A stretch of DNA of 37,680 nt from Chloroflexota bacterium (lineage in GTDB: Bacteria > Chloroflexota > Dehalococcoidia > Dehalococcoidales > JAZDNC01), in contig JBDRFO010000099.1 in assembly GCA_043818655.1 (NCBI GenBank), forward strand, positions 1 through 37,680, given 5' to 3'. The notes beneath the pieces are model-generated. The model did not search any database and had not been told where the DNA came from. It saw only the letters and a program-made list of their open reading frames with translations. Shown piece after piece: positions 1-10,727 of this stretch. The position numbers and the translations under genes were made by a program. Position 1 is the first letter of the stretch. Every line of letters begins with the position of its first letter.

Positions 1-20
1 CGTAACGCTCTTTGCATCTG

Positions 21-71
21 TGAAAAAAGAACTCACCAGGGTGAGCATGACATCGCTCTCTCCCTGGTGAG
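21..71 (-). terminator. Rho-independent terminator downstream of the CoA-transferase pair
   Basis: Perfect 10-bp inverted repeat CTCACCAGGG (32-41) / CCCTGGTGAG (62-71). Read on the minus strand it is followed by TTCTTTTTTCA (complement of 21-31). It lies 23 nt past the stop of the 94..1311 CDS. Confidence 0.6.
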
Positions 72-93
72 TAAAGATCGTCCCGGATTACCT

Positions 94-1311
94 TTAAATG
101 ACGCCTGCTTCCTTAAGCTCGGCCAAATCTTCTTTCGTATAACCCAACAGCTTGGCATACACTTTTTCGTTATCCTGACCCAGCAGCGGGGCATTGGTTA
201 CCTCAACCGGCGATTTCTCCAGTTTGGCGGCATAACCCATTGTCTTGAATTTGCCCCTGACCGGATGCTCCAGCTCAACCACCAGCTGACGCTCAATGAC
301 ATGAGGGTCATTCATCGCCTGTGTCGTCGTCAGGGTAACACCCGTGGAGACCCCGGCGCCAGCAAGGGTATTGAAGGCTTCGTACCCGCTTTTCGTCGAT
401 GTCCAGTCGGAAATGAGCTTGTTCACCACTTCCTCATGTTTTCCACGTGTCATGGGGTCAACAAACCTGGGGTCACCGACAAGCTCAGGATGACCGACAA
501 CCTTCAGCAGGATATCCCACTGGCTTTGCGCCCGGCCGAACATAAAGTTGATCAGGTTATCCTTGTCCTTGGTGGGATAGAGGATTGACGGGGCAGAACC
601 CCTGCCTCCGACCCCCGCCCTTTTCACCGGCGTACCACGGTACATCTGGTCGTTCTCCGCAGGCATTGACATGCGAACACGGGCAAGGTTAAGTACCGTA
701 TCCATCATGGTGCACTCAACGAACTGCCCTTTGCCCGTCCGGTCTTTTTGATGGAGGGCCATCATGATGCCGTCGAAAAGGTTAACACCAGAGGCGGTCT
801 CACCGATGCTGGGCGCCGACTTGACCGGCGGCTTGTCGGGGTAGCCTGTCCAGCTGAAGAGACCGCCCATTGCCTGGACGGTGGCATCCACAGCGGGATA
901 ATCAGCATAAGGGCCGTATGAGCCGTAGCCCGAAATTCTGCCGTAGATGAGACCCGGATTAATCTCCTTCAGCACATCGTAGGTAAGTCCCCATTTCTCC
1001 ATGGTTCCAGGCTCATAGTTCTCGACCAGGATATCAGCCTTCTTGACCATCTCTTTTAAGATTTCACGGCCTTTGGCTTTATCCAGATCAAGGGTGATAC
1101 CCTTCTTGTTGAGGTTGTAGTAAATGAAATAGAAAGAATCAACATCCGGTGCCAGCGGTACCGTGGAAAAATGACGGGCCGGGTCTCCAACGCCCGGGGG
1201 TTCAACTTTAATGACATCAGCACCAAGAAAGGCACATATCAGAGTGCACTGCGGACCTGCCTCCCATTGCGTCAGGTCTAATACCGTAAGATCCTCCAGA
1301 GCCTTTGCCAT
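94..1311 (-). CDS. Family III (CaiB/BaiF/Frc-type) CoA-transferase
   Basis: 405-aa ORF. N-terminus LTVLDLTQWEAGPQCTLICAFLGADVIKVEPPGVGDPAR is typical of type III CoA-transferases. SD GGAAAAGGAG lies upstream of the ATG; stop is TAA. Confidence 0.9.
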   Translation of the reverse strand: MAKALEDLTVLDLTQWEAGPQCTLICAFLGADVIKVEPPGVGDPARHFSTVPLAPDVDSFYFIYYNLNKKGITLDLDKAKGREILKEMVKKADILVENYEPGTMEKWGLTYDVLKEINPGLIYGRISGYGSYGPYADYPAVDATVQAMGGLFSWTGYPDKPPVKSAPSIGETASGVNLFDGIMMALHQKDRTGKGQFVECTMMDTVLNLARVRMSMPAENDQMYRGTPVKRAGVGGRGSAPSILYPTKDKDNLINFMFGRAQSQWDILLKVVGHPELVGDPRFVDPMTRGKHEEVVNKLISDWTSTKSGYEAFNTLAGAGVSTGVTLTTTQAMNDPHVIERQLVVELEHPVRGKFKTMGYAAKLEKSPVEVTNAPLLGQDNEKVYAKLLGYTKEDLAELKEAGVI

Positions 1312-1342
1312 CTATCTTCTCCTTTTCCTTATTTCTTCCAAA

Positions 1343-2563
1343 CTAGATCACACCCTCAGCACGGAGCTTGTCCAGGTCGTGGTGGGTATAGTTCAGATAC
1401 TTGGCAAGTACCTCCTGGTTATTCTGTCCCAGAAGGGGTCCCGTCTGGTACTGAATCGGATTATCCGAGAGTCTCTGGACACTACCCATGGTCTTGTAGT
1501 GACCCCGGTGCGGATGATCAAGCTCAATGATCATTTCCCTTGCCACGAAATGCGGGTCATTCATCATCTGGGTGCTGTTCTGTGTAACACCGACCGGCAC
1601 CCCTGCTTTCGCCAGGGCATGGAAGGCATCAAAGGCACGCTGTTTGCTTGTCCAGTCCTCGATTATCTTGTTTACCTCATCAACATGCTCCCAGCGGGTA
1701 TTGCTGTCCTTGAATTTTGGATTACCGATAAGTTCTGTCCTGCCGATGACACGGAGCAGGGCATCCCACTGCTTCGGCTCCCTGACATAGATCATCAGGT
1801 AATCTTCGTTGACGGGGGTATCCATTGTTTTATAGATGTCGTGAGGGGCAATGCCGGGTAGGGTGCTGGCGGCGCGCGGGATGGGTGGCCCCTGGAACAT
1901 CGGGTCTTTTTCCGCCTGTTTTAAGGCATAGTTCGCGCGGTTATAGCTCATGGAGGTCTCCATCATCGCTACCTCAACAAACTGCCCTTCGCCCGTTTTC
2001 TCACGATAGTGGAGGGCAGCAAGTATCGCACCCATGGAGAACATGCCGGTGCCGGTATCGCCCAGCGAGACGCCGGTGCTCACGGGTGGCCGATCCGGAA
2101 AGCCGGTTTGACTGATGGAGCTGCCCGTTGCCTGGGCAACACCGTCCATGCACATATAGGTTGAGTAGGGGCCCTCGCCAAAGCCCTTGACAGAGCTTAC
2201 AATGAGCCTGGGGTTGACCTTTTTCAAATCTTCGTAGCCCACGCCCAGACTATCCATCGCTCCCGGGCCGTAGTTGTCGTGGACAATGTCCACCTTCTTG
2301 GCAATCTCCTTGAAAATCTCAACCCCCCTCGGGTGCTTGAGGTTGAGCGTCAGACTTTTCTTGTTCATGGTGAGGAAGATGTCGTAGAAGGGATCAATGC
2401 CCGGGGTGTTGATCGGGGGTCGGGGAGATCTTCCAATCTGTCCCGTGCCCGGGCGTTCCACCAGAATAACGTTCGCACCCATGAAAGCCATCGGCATGGT
2501 AGCAGTGGTGCCGGCTTCATACTGTTCACAAGCAAGTACGGTTATATCATCAAACGCCTTCAT
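1343..2563 (-). CDS. Family III CoA-transferase, tandem paralog
   Basis: 406-aa ORF colinear with the downstream paralog (ITVLACEQYEAGTTATMPMAFMGANVILVERPGTG...; both end in EGVI/AGVI). Only 31 bp separates the two genes. SD GAAAAGGAGGAA is present upstream of the ATG. Confidence 0.9.
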   Translation of the reverse strand: MKAFDDITVLACEQYEAGTTATMPMAFMGANVILVERPGTGQIGRSPRPPINTPGIDPFYDIFLTMNKKSLTLNLKHPRGVEIFKEIAKKVDIVHDNYGPGAMDSLGVGYEDLKKVNPRLIVSSVKGFGEGPYSTYMCMDGVAQATGSSISQTGFPDRPPVSTGVSLGDTGTGMFSMGAILAALHYREKTGEGQFVEVAMMETSMSYNRANYALKQAEKDPMFQGPPIPRAASTLPGIAPHDIYKTMDTPVNEDYLMIYVREPKQWDALLRVIGRTELIGNPKFKDSNTRWEHVDEVNKIIEDWTSKQRAFDAFHALAKAGVPVGVTQNSTQMMNDPHFVAREMIIELDHPHRGHYKTMGSVQRLSDNPIQYQTGPLLGQNNQEVLAKYLNYTHHDLDKLRAEGVI

Positions 2564-3226
2564 GTTTCCTCCTTTTCAAATAACATTATGGACTCAAAAA
2601 TTCCAGCCAACTTCCGCGATTCTCACCTCCTTAGCCTATTTTCCTAACTTTCATCCTTCAACTTCTGCACCAGCCATCCCTGACAAACTACCCGGAGACA
2701 GATTCCCCGCAGTTCAGCACAGAACATGATGATTCAAATCATACCAAGTACCTGAGGGACTTATGTGAACATCCTTCTTTTTCCCCTCTGAACACAAGCG
2801 AGATGCGTGAAATCACCGGAATTACCAGCACCCAATGATTTGGAAGTAATCTCTCAAACAGCTTTATCCAAACCGGCACGCACCATGCGCTTTACCCGAT
2901 GGCATTAATGAAATAAACTCCAAGATGTCCAAAGTCCAATTCTGATATGTTCTCTTAGAGGTTGGGGTTTCACAAAAAGGGCATATAGTCTATCCCGAAT
3001 TGTCCGCTGACTTTCGGTTAATCACCACTTCTTCCTGGCCATATTCTACCCTCCTGAGGCAATTTTCTTCCGTTTTGTCCGTGTGCCGTTTCGGGGTTGG
3101 GGGGCAATCAAATTTAATCTAACCAGCGCATCTATCTTAACATTATTACCGCCCCTGACACAAGTCCGGGATGATAAGGGCATCTAAAATGACATCAATG
3201 ACATCGCGGATGTTTGTCAATATCAG

Positions 3227-3249
3227 GTCGCTTCGCTTCTCACAATGAC
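3227..3249 (+). repeat. Degenerate solo arm of the GTCATTGCGAG..GAAGCAATC hairpin-repeat family
   Basis: gtcgcttcgcttctcacaatgac resembles the right-arm form (gattgcttcgc..ctcgcaatgac) seen at 26108-26138 and 30304-30379. Confidence 0.4.
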
Positions 3250-3297
3250 AATTCGGTTTTCAACCAGAACAGAACGATACCTGTCAGCCTAAAATAC

Positions 3298-3327
3298 TTG
3301 ACAAGTAATCAGGCGATAACTTATCAT
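3298..3327 (+). promoter_or_regulatory. Candidate sigma-70 promoter for the SSS transporter
   Basis: TTGACA (3298-3303), 18-nt spacer, TATCAT (3322-3327), about 80 nt upstream of the 3405 start. Confidence 0.3.
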
Positions 3328-3404
3328 AACTCATCTTTGACAGGGCTTGGCGATACTGCCATTCCTCTCTGTAATCCAAAATCTAAATCACACGGAGGTA
3401 AGGA

Positions 3405-4823
3405 ATGAATTGGGCTCTTGTGGTCACACTGTTGTATCTCGCGATTGTCCTTTCTGTCGGCTTTGCTGCCGCCAGAAGAAGCAAGGGGGGGACACAGGAA
3501 TTCTTCCTCGCTGGGAGACAATTACCCTGGATCTTTCTACTGCCTCTGCTTGCTGCCGAGTACATTAGCGGCGGCACCACGGTAGGTGTTGCCGAGAAGT
3601 TGCACAAAACCGGGATTTTCGGTCTTACCTATTATCTTGCTTCACCTTTTGGTCTGCTGATGCTTGCCTATGGTTTTGCCAAGTTTTTCCAGCAAATCAA
3701 GAAAACGACAGTCGGGGAGACGATCAAGCTCCTTTTTGGGGAAAAAACAAGGTTCGTCGTTGTCCTCACGTTAATCTCCCTTTACCCGTTTACCATCATG
3801 ACATCTGCGTTAGCCCTGGCAACAGTCGTCGGTCCGGTGCTGGGGTTACCTTACCTGAGCGCCGTCTGGGTCTGCTCCGCCTTTATCGTCTGCCTGGCAA
3901 TCATGGGGCTGAGGGGTCAAGCCTGGATGAATTCAATCCATTTTGCCACGATCCTGGTCTGCTTTATCCCCCTCGGCATTGGCGCGGTGGCGAACGTTGG
4001 GGGGATGAACAACCTGTTATCCTCACTGCCTCCCGAGCATCTTAACCTTTTTTCAGAGGGTTTTTCCAAAGCGGCTGCCTGGATGGGCAGTGCCGTTATG
4101 ATCAAGCTGATTGCCCTTTCGGCAATAACGGCCATGTTTGCCGCAAAATCGGAGAAGGATGCCAAAATCGGCGCCATCGGAACAGGCGTCTTTCTCGTTG
4201 TCTTTGTCACTCTGCCGGCACTCATTGGGCTTGCCGCCTATGTTGTCGATCCGGATCTTGAATCAAAGCAGGCTTTGTGGATGATGTGCGAGCGACTGGG
4301 TGGCTGGGCAACGATCCTTGCTTCCGTCGGCGTCATGGCAGCAATCATCTCCACGACACCGGCTTCCCTCCTGTCTCTGGGCACCCTGGCGACACGCGAC
4401 CTTTTCCTGCTGGTAAAGCCGAATGCAGAGGACAAGTCACAGCTTCTTTTCTGCCGTCTCGCCATCGTCGTCTTTGCCGTTGTCGGCACCCTGATCGCGT
4501 TAAACATGACCAAGTCGCTCACGATCCTTGACCTAGGACGCAAGTCAACCGGTATCAGGACGATAATTACCATTCCCATGCTGATCAGTATCCTCTGGAG
4601 ACGTATTCATCCGGAGGCTGCCTTCTGGTCATTGCTTCTGGGTATCGGCACAGGAATTATCTGGCTCTTCCTGGGCAGTCCCCTCAATCTTGAGCCAATG
4701 TGGCCCGGCATGGCGGTAGGGATGGTCGTTCTGGCTATTACCTCGCTGAAATACAGGCCTTCGCCGTTCAAGGGGGCTGAAGGATTGGACATCGCAACCG
4801 GCAAAGAGCTCAAAGAAGCCTGA
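3405..4823 (+). CDS. Sodium:solute symporter (SSS/SSF) family transporter
   Basis: 472-aa polytopic membrane ORF. N-terminal SSF signature ...AARRSKGGTQEFFLAGRQLPW.... SD GGAGGTAAGGA lies before the ATG. Confidence 0.85.
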   Translation: MNWALVVTLLYLAIVLSVGFAAARRSKGGTQEFFLAGRQLPWIFLLPLLAAEYISGGTTVGVAEKLHKTGIFGLTYYLASPFGLLMLAYGFAKFFQQIKKTTVGETIKLLFGEKTRFVVVLTLISLYPFTIMTSALALATVVGPVLGLPYLSAVWVCSAFIVCLAIMGLRGQAWMNSIHFATILVCFIPLGIGAVANVGGMNNLLSSLPPEHLNLFSEGFSKAAAWMGSAVMIKLIALSAITAMFAAKSEKDAKIGAIGTGVFLVVFVTLPALIGLAAYVVDPDLESKQALWMMCERLGGWATILASVGVMAAIISTTPASLLSLGTLATRDLFLLVKPNAEDKSQLLFCRLAIVVFAVVGTLIALNMTKSLTILDLGRKSTGIRTIITIPMLISILWRRIHPEAAFWSLLLGIGTGIIWLFLGSPLNLEPMWPGMAVGMVVLAITSLKYRPSPFKGAEGLDIATGKELKEA

Positions 4824-4983
4824 CCTCCCGGAGGTTGAACCGGGTCTTCGCGGCACAGCTGCCGCGCGTTTACCATCGCAGGCGTTTGCCTTTCAGGGGT
4901 CAAGGAAGGGGCTTTATCTTCTTCCTTATCTCTCTCCTTCCGGTTTGCACATGGATACTGCGAAACCTTATAATAGCTACCTG

Positions 4984-6831
4984 ATGAGCGACAAACTGAC
5001 CGATCTTGACAGGATTCTCCATCAGGTTGCCAAGCCCGCACGTTACACCGGCGGGGAGTGGAACGCCGTTATCAAGGACTGGGATAAAACCAGCCTCAGA
5101 TTTGCCCTTGCCTATCCGGACTTATACGAGATAGGCATGTCCAACATGGCCCTGCCCATCCTTTACCGGATAATCAACAGCCGGGAGAGCGCCCTGGCGG
5201 AGCGGGTCTTTACCCCTTGGGGTGACATGGCTTCCCGCATGAGAGATGCCGGCATCCCGCTCTGCAGCCTGGAGTCGCGCCGTCCCTTAAAAGAGTTCGA
5301 CGTCATCGGCTTCTCACTCAGCTATGAACTCACCTACACCAATGTCCTCACGATGCTTGACCTGGCACAGATACCCGTGCTGGCTGCGGAAAGGGACGGG
5401 TCTTATCCCCTGGTCATTGCCGGCGGCACATGCTCCCTTAACCCGGAGCCGATGTCCGACTTCATTGATTTCTTTGTCCTGGGGGATGGGGAGGATGTCC
5501 TGGTTGAGCTTCTCGATTTTCTCGACGAAGAGAAGAAGCGCGGGACAGACAAACATGAGCTGCTGCGCCGGGTAGCCGCCATCCCCGGCATCTATGTACC
5601 CGCTCTCTACCGGGTAGCATATGATGAAGATGGTCTTTTTTGCAGCATCACACCGGAGGCAGCAGGGGCGACACTTCCCGTGCGGCGGCGTATCGTCATG
5701 CGTTTACCGCCACCTGTAACCAGTCCGGTTGTCCCTTATATTGAGGCTGTTCATGACCGCGGCGCACTGGAGATACAGCGGGGTTGCAGCCGCGGCTGCC
5801 GCTTCTGCCAGGCAACGATGGTCTACCGTCCCATCCGGGAGCGTTCCCAGGACGAGATCGTCCGGGCGGTGGGTGACATCATCGAGGGCTGTGGCTATCA
5901 CGAAATCTCCCTTGTCTCGCTGAGCACCAGTGACTATCCGGACATCTACGAGCTGGCAAAGGCTCTCAAGCAGCGCTACCAGAGCCGTAATCTCAGTCTA
6001 CAACTGCCGAGCCTGCGGATTGACAACTTTTCCGTCGAACTGATGGAGCTTCTGAGCAAGGGGCGCAGAACCGGGCTTACCTTTGCCCCTGAGGCGGGGA
6101 GTGAAAGGCTGAGAAGGGTCATCAATAAGCCCATCGCCGGTGATGATATCCTCCGGACGGCGGAGGCAGCCTTCCGGCGCGGCTGGATGGGAATCAAACT
6201 ATACTTCATGCTGGGTTTACCGACCGAGGACGATGATGACATCGAGGGTATCATCCAGATGATAAATACGATACGTGTTATCGGCAGCCAGGACAAGGGG
6301 AGAAGACCAAACCTCAGGATCAGCCTGTCCACCTTTATCCCCAAACCGCACACGCCGTTCCAGTGGGTCGCCCAGGCAAGCGAGGATGCGATCTCCCGCA
6401 AACAGGAGCGCATCAGCCGGGAAGTGTCACGAAAAGGGATCAGGCTTTCCTGGTCTGACCCCAAGACCAGCCTGCTTGAGGCCGCCCTCTCCCGCGGCGA
6501 CCGAAGACTGGGGCGCGTCATCCACCTGGCATGGCAGGGGGGCGCTGTCTTCGACGCATGGAGTGAGCATTTCAAATATGAAATATGGGAAAAAGCCTTT
6601 GCCGCCGCCGGGCTTGAGCCGGCTTTCTACGCCTTAAGAGAGCGCTCTCTGGATGAAGCCCTCCCCTGGGGGCATATTGATACCGGTATCAGCCCGGATT
6701 TCCTGAAAGGGGAATACCGGAAGGCACTCACAGGCAGCCTGACCCCGGACTGCCGTAACGCTTCCTGCAATCACTGCGGGCTGGAAAAGCTGGCATGTGA
6801 GGTTGCGAACAACAAGCCACCACGGGGCTGA
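4984..6831 (+). CDS. B12-binding-domain radical SAM protein (TIGR03960-like)
   Basis: Radical SAM cluster motif CSRGCRFCQ and the N-terminal VAKPARYTGGEWN typical of this family. The ORF is open from 4945 (TTG) with ATGs at 4951 and 4984. I chose 4984 by family N-terminus, but no clear SD supports any of the three. Confidence 0.85.
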   Translation: MSDKLTDLDRILHQVAKPARYTGGEWNAVIKDWDKTSLRFALAYPDLYEIGMSNMALPILYRIINSRESALAERVFTPWGDMASRMRDAGIPLCSLESRRPLKEFDVIGFSLSYELTYTNVLTMLDLAQIPVLAAERDGSYPLVIAGGTCSLNPEPMSDFIDFFVLGDGEDVLVELLDFLDEEKKRGTDKHELLRRVAAIPGIYVPALYRVAYDEDGLFCSITPEAAGATLPVRRRIVMRLPPPVTSPVVPYIEAVHDRGALEIQRGCSRGCRFCQATMVYRPIRERSQDEIVRAVGDIIEGCGYHEISLVSLSTSDYPDIYELAKALKQRYQSRNLSLQLPSLRIDNFSVELMELLSKGRRTGLTFAPEAGSERLRRVINKPIAGDDILRTAEAAFRRGWMGIKLYFMLGLPTEDDDDIEGIIQMINTIRVIGSQDKGRRPNLRISLSTFIPKPHTPFQWVAQASEDAISRKQERISREVSRKGIRLSWSDPKTSLLEAALSRGDRRLGRVIHLAWQGGAVFDAWSEHFKYEIWEKAFAAAGLEPAFYALRERSLDEALPWGHIDTGISPDFLKGEYRKALTGSLTPDCRNASCNHCGLEKLACEVANNKPPRG

Positions 6832-6944
6832 TTTTTACCTCTTCACTATTCCCGGCTGTTCGCACCTGATTTCGAGAGGGCGAAAACAAGCGATAGGTGC
6901 TGAGGACTCATTCTCCCCGAAGCGGATGATAAAGGCTCCCGGCT

Positions 6945-6967
6945 CTTTCATTACCTGGTTTCCGGAT
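6945..6967 (-). repeat. ATCCGGAAAC-motif copy (variant with CCWGGTA tail)
   Basis: Minus strand reads ATCCGGAAACCAGGTAATGAAAG, about 40 nt downstream of the gyrA stop in the sense orientation. Confidence 0.5.
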
Positions 6968-7006
6968 GTCCTCCGGGGGTGAAACGTTTTATGCCCGCAA
7001 CCGGTG

Positions 7007-9454
7007 CTATTTTTTCTCCTCAAAGGCAGCGATTGCCACCACCCGGTCACCTTCCTCCAGCCTCATGAGCCTTACCCCCTGGGTGATGCGCGACAATGTG
7101 GGTATGCCCTGGCTCTGTTTCTCCTCTTTCACCGGCGTACACGTGACAATGCCCTCAGCTGAGATAATCATCACCTTCTGCGTCAGTGTGACCACCTTTG
7201 CAGAAGCGACACCACCCGTTTTTTCCGTTACCTTGAGCGTTCTGACGCCGAGTCCGCCGCGATGCTGCCGGGGATACTCACCGACGGGCGTAAGCTTGCC
7301 CGACCCCCCGCTGGTCACCACCAGAAGAAAGGCATCCTGGCCCGCCTGGTCAACACTGACCAGCCGGTCGTCCTTGCTGAGGCGGATACCGCGCACGCCG
7401 CCGCTCATCCGTGAGCTTGACCTGAGGGTGGAAATAGCAAACCGGATGGATTGCCCCTGTTCCGTGACCATGATAATATCATCCTGATCGGTCGCGAAAC
7501 ACGCCCCGATCAGCTCGTCACCTTTGGCCAGGTCCATGGCGATCAGACCGCTGCTGCGCACCACCGCAAAGTTGTCCGCCGCCGTCTTCTTTATCTCCCC
7601 CTGACGCGTCGCCATGAGCAAATAGTCATCCGCCTTAAAGCCGGTAAGGGCAACCATCGCCGTCACCCTCTCCGCCTCTTTCAGCGCCGGGAAGAGGTTA
7701 ATCACGGCCGTACCTTTCGACACACGTGAGATATCCGAGGGGACTTCGTGACACTTCAGGGAAAAGACCCTGCCTTCGTTGGTAAAAAAGATCAGGTTAT
7801 CATGGGTATCGGCAACCACCAGAATTCTAACTGCATCTTCCTCCCGTGTCACCATGCCGATAATGCCCTTACCCCCTCTGTGCTGCGGCCGGTACTTATC
7901 CGCAGGCACCCTCTTGACAAAGCCGCGGTTGCTTAAGGTCACGACGACCCTCTCGTGAGGGATAAGGTCTTCCTCGGCAAATTTCATCTCTGCCTGCCCG
8001 CTAATCTCGGTACGCCGGTCGTCACCATACTTGGACTTCATCGTCACGACGTCCTCTTTGACCAGGACAAGAATCTTCTTCGGATTGGCGAGGAGGTCTT
8101 CCAGATAGCCAATGGTCTTGAGAACCTCCGTATATTCGTCAAGGACCTTCTTCCGCTCCAGATTTGCCAGGCGCCTTAACTGCATGTCAAGGATTGCCTG
8201 TGCCTGAATCTGCGACAGCCCAAAACCAGCCATCAGGGCCTGACGTGCCGTCTCGGCACTCTCTGACTCACGGATGGTGGCAATTATTTTATCAATCTGG
8301 TCAAGGGCAATCCTGAGCCCCTCCAGGATATGCGCCCTGTCCCTGGCACCCTTCAGCTCAAAGTTGGAGCGGCGCGTGATGACCTCACGGCGAAAATCCA
8401 CATAGCACTGAAGCACTTCCTTGAGACTCAAGACCCGCGGCTGTCCGTCAACCAGCGCCAGCATGTTGATAAAGAAGGCAGACTGCATGGCGGTGTACTT
8501 ATACAGGCTATTGAGCACCTGCTGGGGCAATGCCTCCCGCCTGAGTTCGATGACAATGCGCATCCCCTGGCGGTCGGATTCATCGCGCAACCCGCTGATG
8601 CCGTTGATCTTCTTGTCTTTGATCAGGTCGGCAATCTTCTCCACAAGCGACGCCTTGTTGGTCTCATAGGGAAGCTCGGTCACGACAATACGCCGGTGAC
8701 CGCCGCTCTCCTCGCTGATATGTGCCCGCGCCCGGACCACGACACGGCCGTGCCCGGTGGCGTAGGCACTCTTGATGCCTTCCTGTCCCAGGATAATGCC
8801 CGCGGTGGGGAAATCGGGCCCCCTGACAAAGCGCATCAGATCGTCAACGGTGGCGGCGGGGTTGTCAATCAGACAGGAGACGGCATCACATATCTCTTTC
8901 AGATTGTGCGGTGGGATGTTTGTTGCCATGCCGACCGCGATACCTGAGCTGCCGTTAATAAGCAGGTTGGGCAGTCTTGCCGGCAGAACCACCGGTTCCC
9001 TGAGGCTTTCGTCAAAGTTCGGTCTGAAGTCAACAGTATCTTTCCCGATGTCAACCAGCATCTCCTCGGCAATCTCGGTCAGACGTGCCTCGGTATAACG
9101 CATCGCCGCCGGCGGGTCATTATCCACACTGCCGAAATTACCCTGCCCGTCTACCAGGAGATAGCGCAGGGAGAAGACCTGTGCCATCCGCACCATCGCA
9201 TCATAAACCGAGACATCACCGTGTGGATGGTACTTGCCCAGCACCTCGCCAACAATGCGGGCACTCTTCTTATGCGAACCGGTATGCCTTATTCCCATGT
9301 CATCCATCGCAAAAAGAATGCGCCGGTGCACCGGTTTGAGACCGTCCCGCACATCAGGCAGGGCCCTTGAGACGATCACACTCATCGCATAGTCAAGATA
9401 AGAGCTTCTCATCTCATCTTCAATATTTACCGATTTCACCCTGCCTAAAACCAC
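7007..9454 (-). CDS. gyrA: DNA gyrase subunit A
   Basis: 815 aa. Motifs [30 protein letters not shown] and [10 protein letters not shown] (active-site Tyr region), plus C-terminal beta-pinwheel repeats. GTG start preceded by GGAGGAGGG; TAG stop. Confidence 0.97.
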   Translation of the reverse strand: MVLGRVKSVNIEDEMRSSYLDYAMSVIVSRALPDVRDGLKPVHRRILFAMDDMGIRHTGSHKKSARIVGEVLGKYHPHGDVSVYDAMVRMAQVFSLRYLLVDGQGNFGSVDNDPPAAMRYTEARLTEIAEEMLVDIGKDTVDFRPNFDESLREPVVLPARLPNLLINGSSGIAVGMATNIPPHNLKEICDAVSCLIDNPAATVDDLMRFVRGPDFPTAGIILGQEGIKSAYATGHGRVVVRARAHISEESGGHRRIVVTELPYETNKASLVEKIADLIKDKKINGISGLRDESDRQGMRIVIELRREALPQQVLNSLYKYTAMQSAFFINMLALVDGQPRVLSLKEVLQCYVDFRREVITRRSNFELKGARDRAHILEGLRIALDQIDKIIATIRESESAETARQALMAGFGLSQIQAQAILDMQLRRLANLERKKVLDEYTEVLKTIGYLEDLLANPKKILVLVKEDVVTMKSKYGDDRRTEISGQAEMKFAEEDLIPHERVVVTLSNRGFVKRVPADKYRPQHRGGKGIIGMVTREEDAVRILVVADTHDNLIFFTNEGRVFSLKCHEVPSDISRVSKGTAVINLFPALKEAERVTAMVALTGFKADDYLLMATRQGEIKKTAADNFAVVRSSGLIAMDLAKGDELIGACFATDQDDIIMVTEQGQSIRFAISTLRSSSRMSGGVRGIRLSKDDRLVSVDQAGQDAFLLVVTSGGSGKLTPVGEYPRQHRGGLGVRTLKVTEKTGGVASAKVVTLTQKVMIISAEGIVTCTPVKEEKQSQGIPTLSRITQGVRLMRLEEGDRVVAIAAFEEKK

Positions 9455-9473
9455 GACTTACCCTCCTCCAAGC

Positions 9474-9496
9474 AGTCCAAAACTGTTTTTCTGAAT
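9474..9496 (+). repeat. ATCCGGAAAC-motif copy (degenerate left half)
   Basis: AGTCCAAAACTGTTTTTCTGAAT, 20 bp from the gyrA start codon, so it lies inside the gyrA 5' leader on the opposite strand. Confidence 0.5.
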
Positions 9497-9607
9497 CTGA
9501 TCATGTCATATACCTATCTCAAGATACTGATTTTTTGGATGATTTCTACAAGCCATCCCAAAACCGACTCCCCGAATCTGAGCAGGTAATATGTCCTATC
9601 TCAAGAT

Positions 9608-10411
9608 TTAGACCTCGTTATCAATCTTATCTTTCAGACCACCTGGGTCCTCGCGCAGCAAATCCATCTCATCACTGCCCTCGATGGCATAGCCATACTC
9701 ATCTTCGTCATACTCCGTTTCACGGCGGAAGAGCCTGTCACCAACATAGGGGCGTAAACGCTCAAAGGCCTTCGGCGGGAAGGACAGGTGCCCGACCTGA
9801 CCCGGATCCTGATAAATCTCACGGATAATAACAGTCACCGTCCCGTAGCTACTGATGATGTTTGCGTTATACCTGTTGCCCCCCTTCATGAGCTTGATAA
9901 GCCGGTGGGCATGCTTCGGCTCAAGCTCACCGATATACTCCTTGCGACTGCTCAATATGAACAGGCTCATACCCTCTATCTTGAGCTCAACCGGGTCACC
10001 GGCGACGACACCCGCCAGTACCGCATCGGGCCCCAGACGGTAGAGATTAACCACCCCCGCTTTTCCTGTCTCTTCGATAAAATTGTGCGGCTCAACCTTG
10101 TGGAAGGCTTCCTCGGTAGCCACCGCCACACCATTCAGGCGGGACAGGCGACTCAGGTTTTTGCGCGCGATAACATTATAGGGGTCAAGCTCCAGAGCCC
10201 GCTGGTATGCCTCACGCGCTTCCGTGTAATCCCCGATCTCCATACTGGCCCTGCCCAGCCGGTTATAGGCGTCAACGTCACCGGCAAAGCTCGTCAGGAG
10301 ACTCCTGTTTATCGCCACCGCATCCCGCCATCTACCCTGCATCGCAAGGTCGATCGCCTGCTGCGTAAACCTTCGTCTCAATCTTACTTTTTCATCTTCT
10401 TGATACGCCAT
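9608..10411 (-). CDS. TPR-repeat protein with an uncharacterised C-terminal domain
   Basis: 267 aa. The N-terminal 90 aa read as TPR units (AYNRLGRASMEIGDYTEAREAYQRALELDPYN). The remainder has no motif I recognise and ends in an acidic tail. Confidence 0.7.
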   Translation of the reverse strand: MAYQEDEKVRLRRRFTQQAIDLAMQGRWRDAVAINRSLLTSFAGDVDAYNRLGRASMEIGDYTEAREAYQRALELDPYNVIARKNLSRLSRLNGVAVATEEAFHKVEPHNFIEETGKAGVVNLYRLGPDAVLAGVVAGDPVELKIEGMSLFILSSRKEYIGELEPKHAHRLIKLMKGGNRYNANIISSYGTVTVIIREIYQDPGQVGHLSFPPKAFERLRPYVGDRLFRRETEYDEDEYGYAIEGSDEMDLLREDPGGLKDKIDNEV

Positions 10412-10674
10412 ATACCACCTCCCAAGCTCACCTTACCCAACCTGCTCCGTTTGAGCATGTTATTTTACTCCCGTTAAATGAGTTAGACAAGTTAACCCCG
10501 TAAAGATAGCACAAGTCAAACAACAAAACCACCATCACAGTAATATTGCCGGGAATTATGACAACTTATCCAGAAACGCATCATGTCTCACCATCTAAAA
10601 ATACCCGCACATCGCATTTCTAAGCTACCTGAAGGAGAAACAGGACACACTCCCGGCAATTTACCCGAAACCAG

Positions 10675-10697
10675 CTTCAGAATCCGACTTTCCGGAT
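10675..10697 (-). repeat. ATCCGGAAAC-motif copy
   Basis: Minus strand reads ATCCGGAAAGTCGGATTCTGAAG, starting 31 nt downstream of the lysC stop in the sense orientation. Confidence 0.5.
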
Positions 10698-10727
10698 TGC
10701 TTCTAAAAACTATTTTTGAGATGACTT

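Noticed and set aside
3214-3607. Several 64-74-aa ORFs overlapping the 5' end of the SSS transporter gene
   Set aside because: They overlap one another and the transporter start in different frames, have no translation signals and show no recognisable motifs.
9120-9128. The only perfect DnaA box (TTATCCACA) in the window
   Set aside because: It lies inside the gyrA coding sequence, 6.9 kb from dnaA, and is solitary. A single 9-mer match on two strands of 37.7 kb is roughly a one-in-three chance event, so it is not evidence for an origin.
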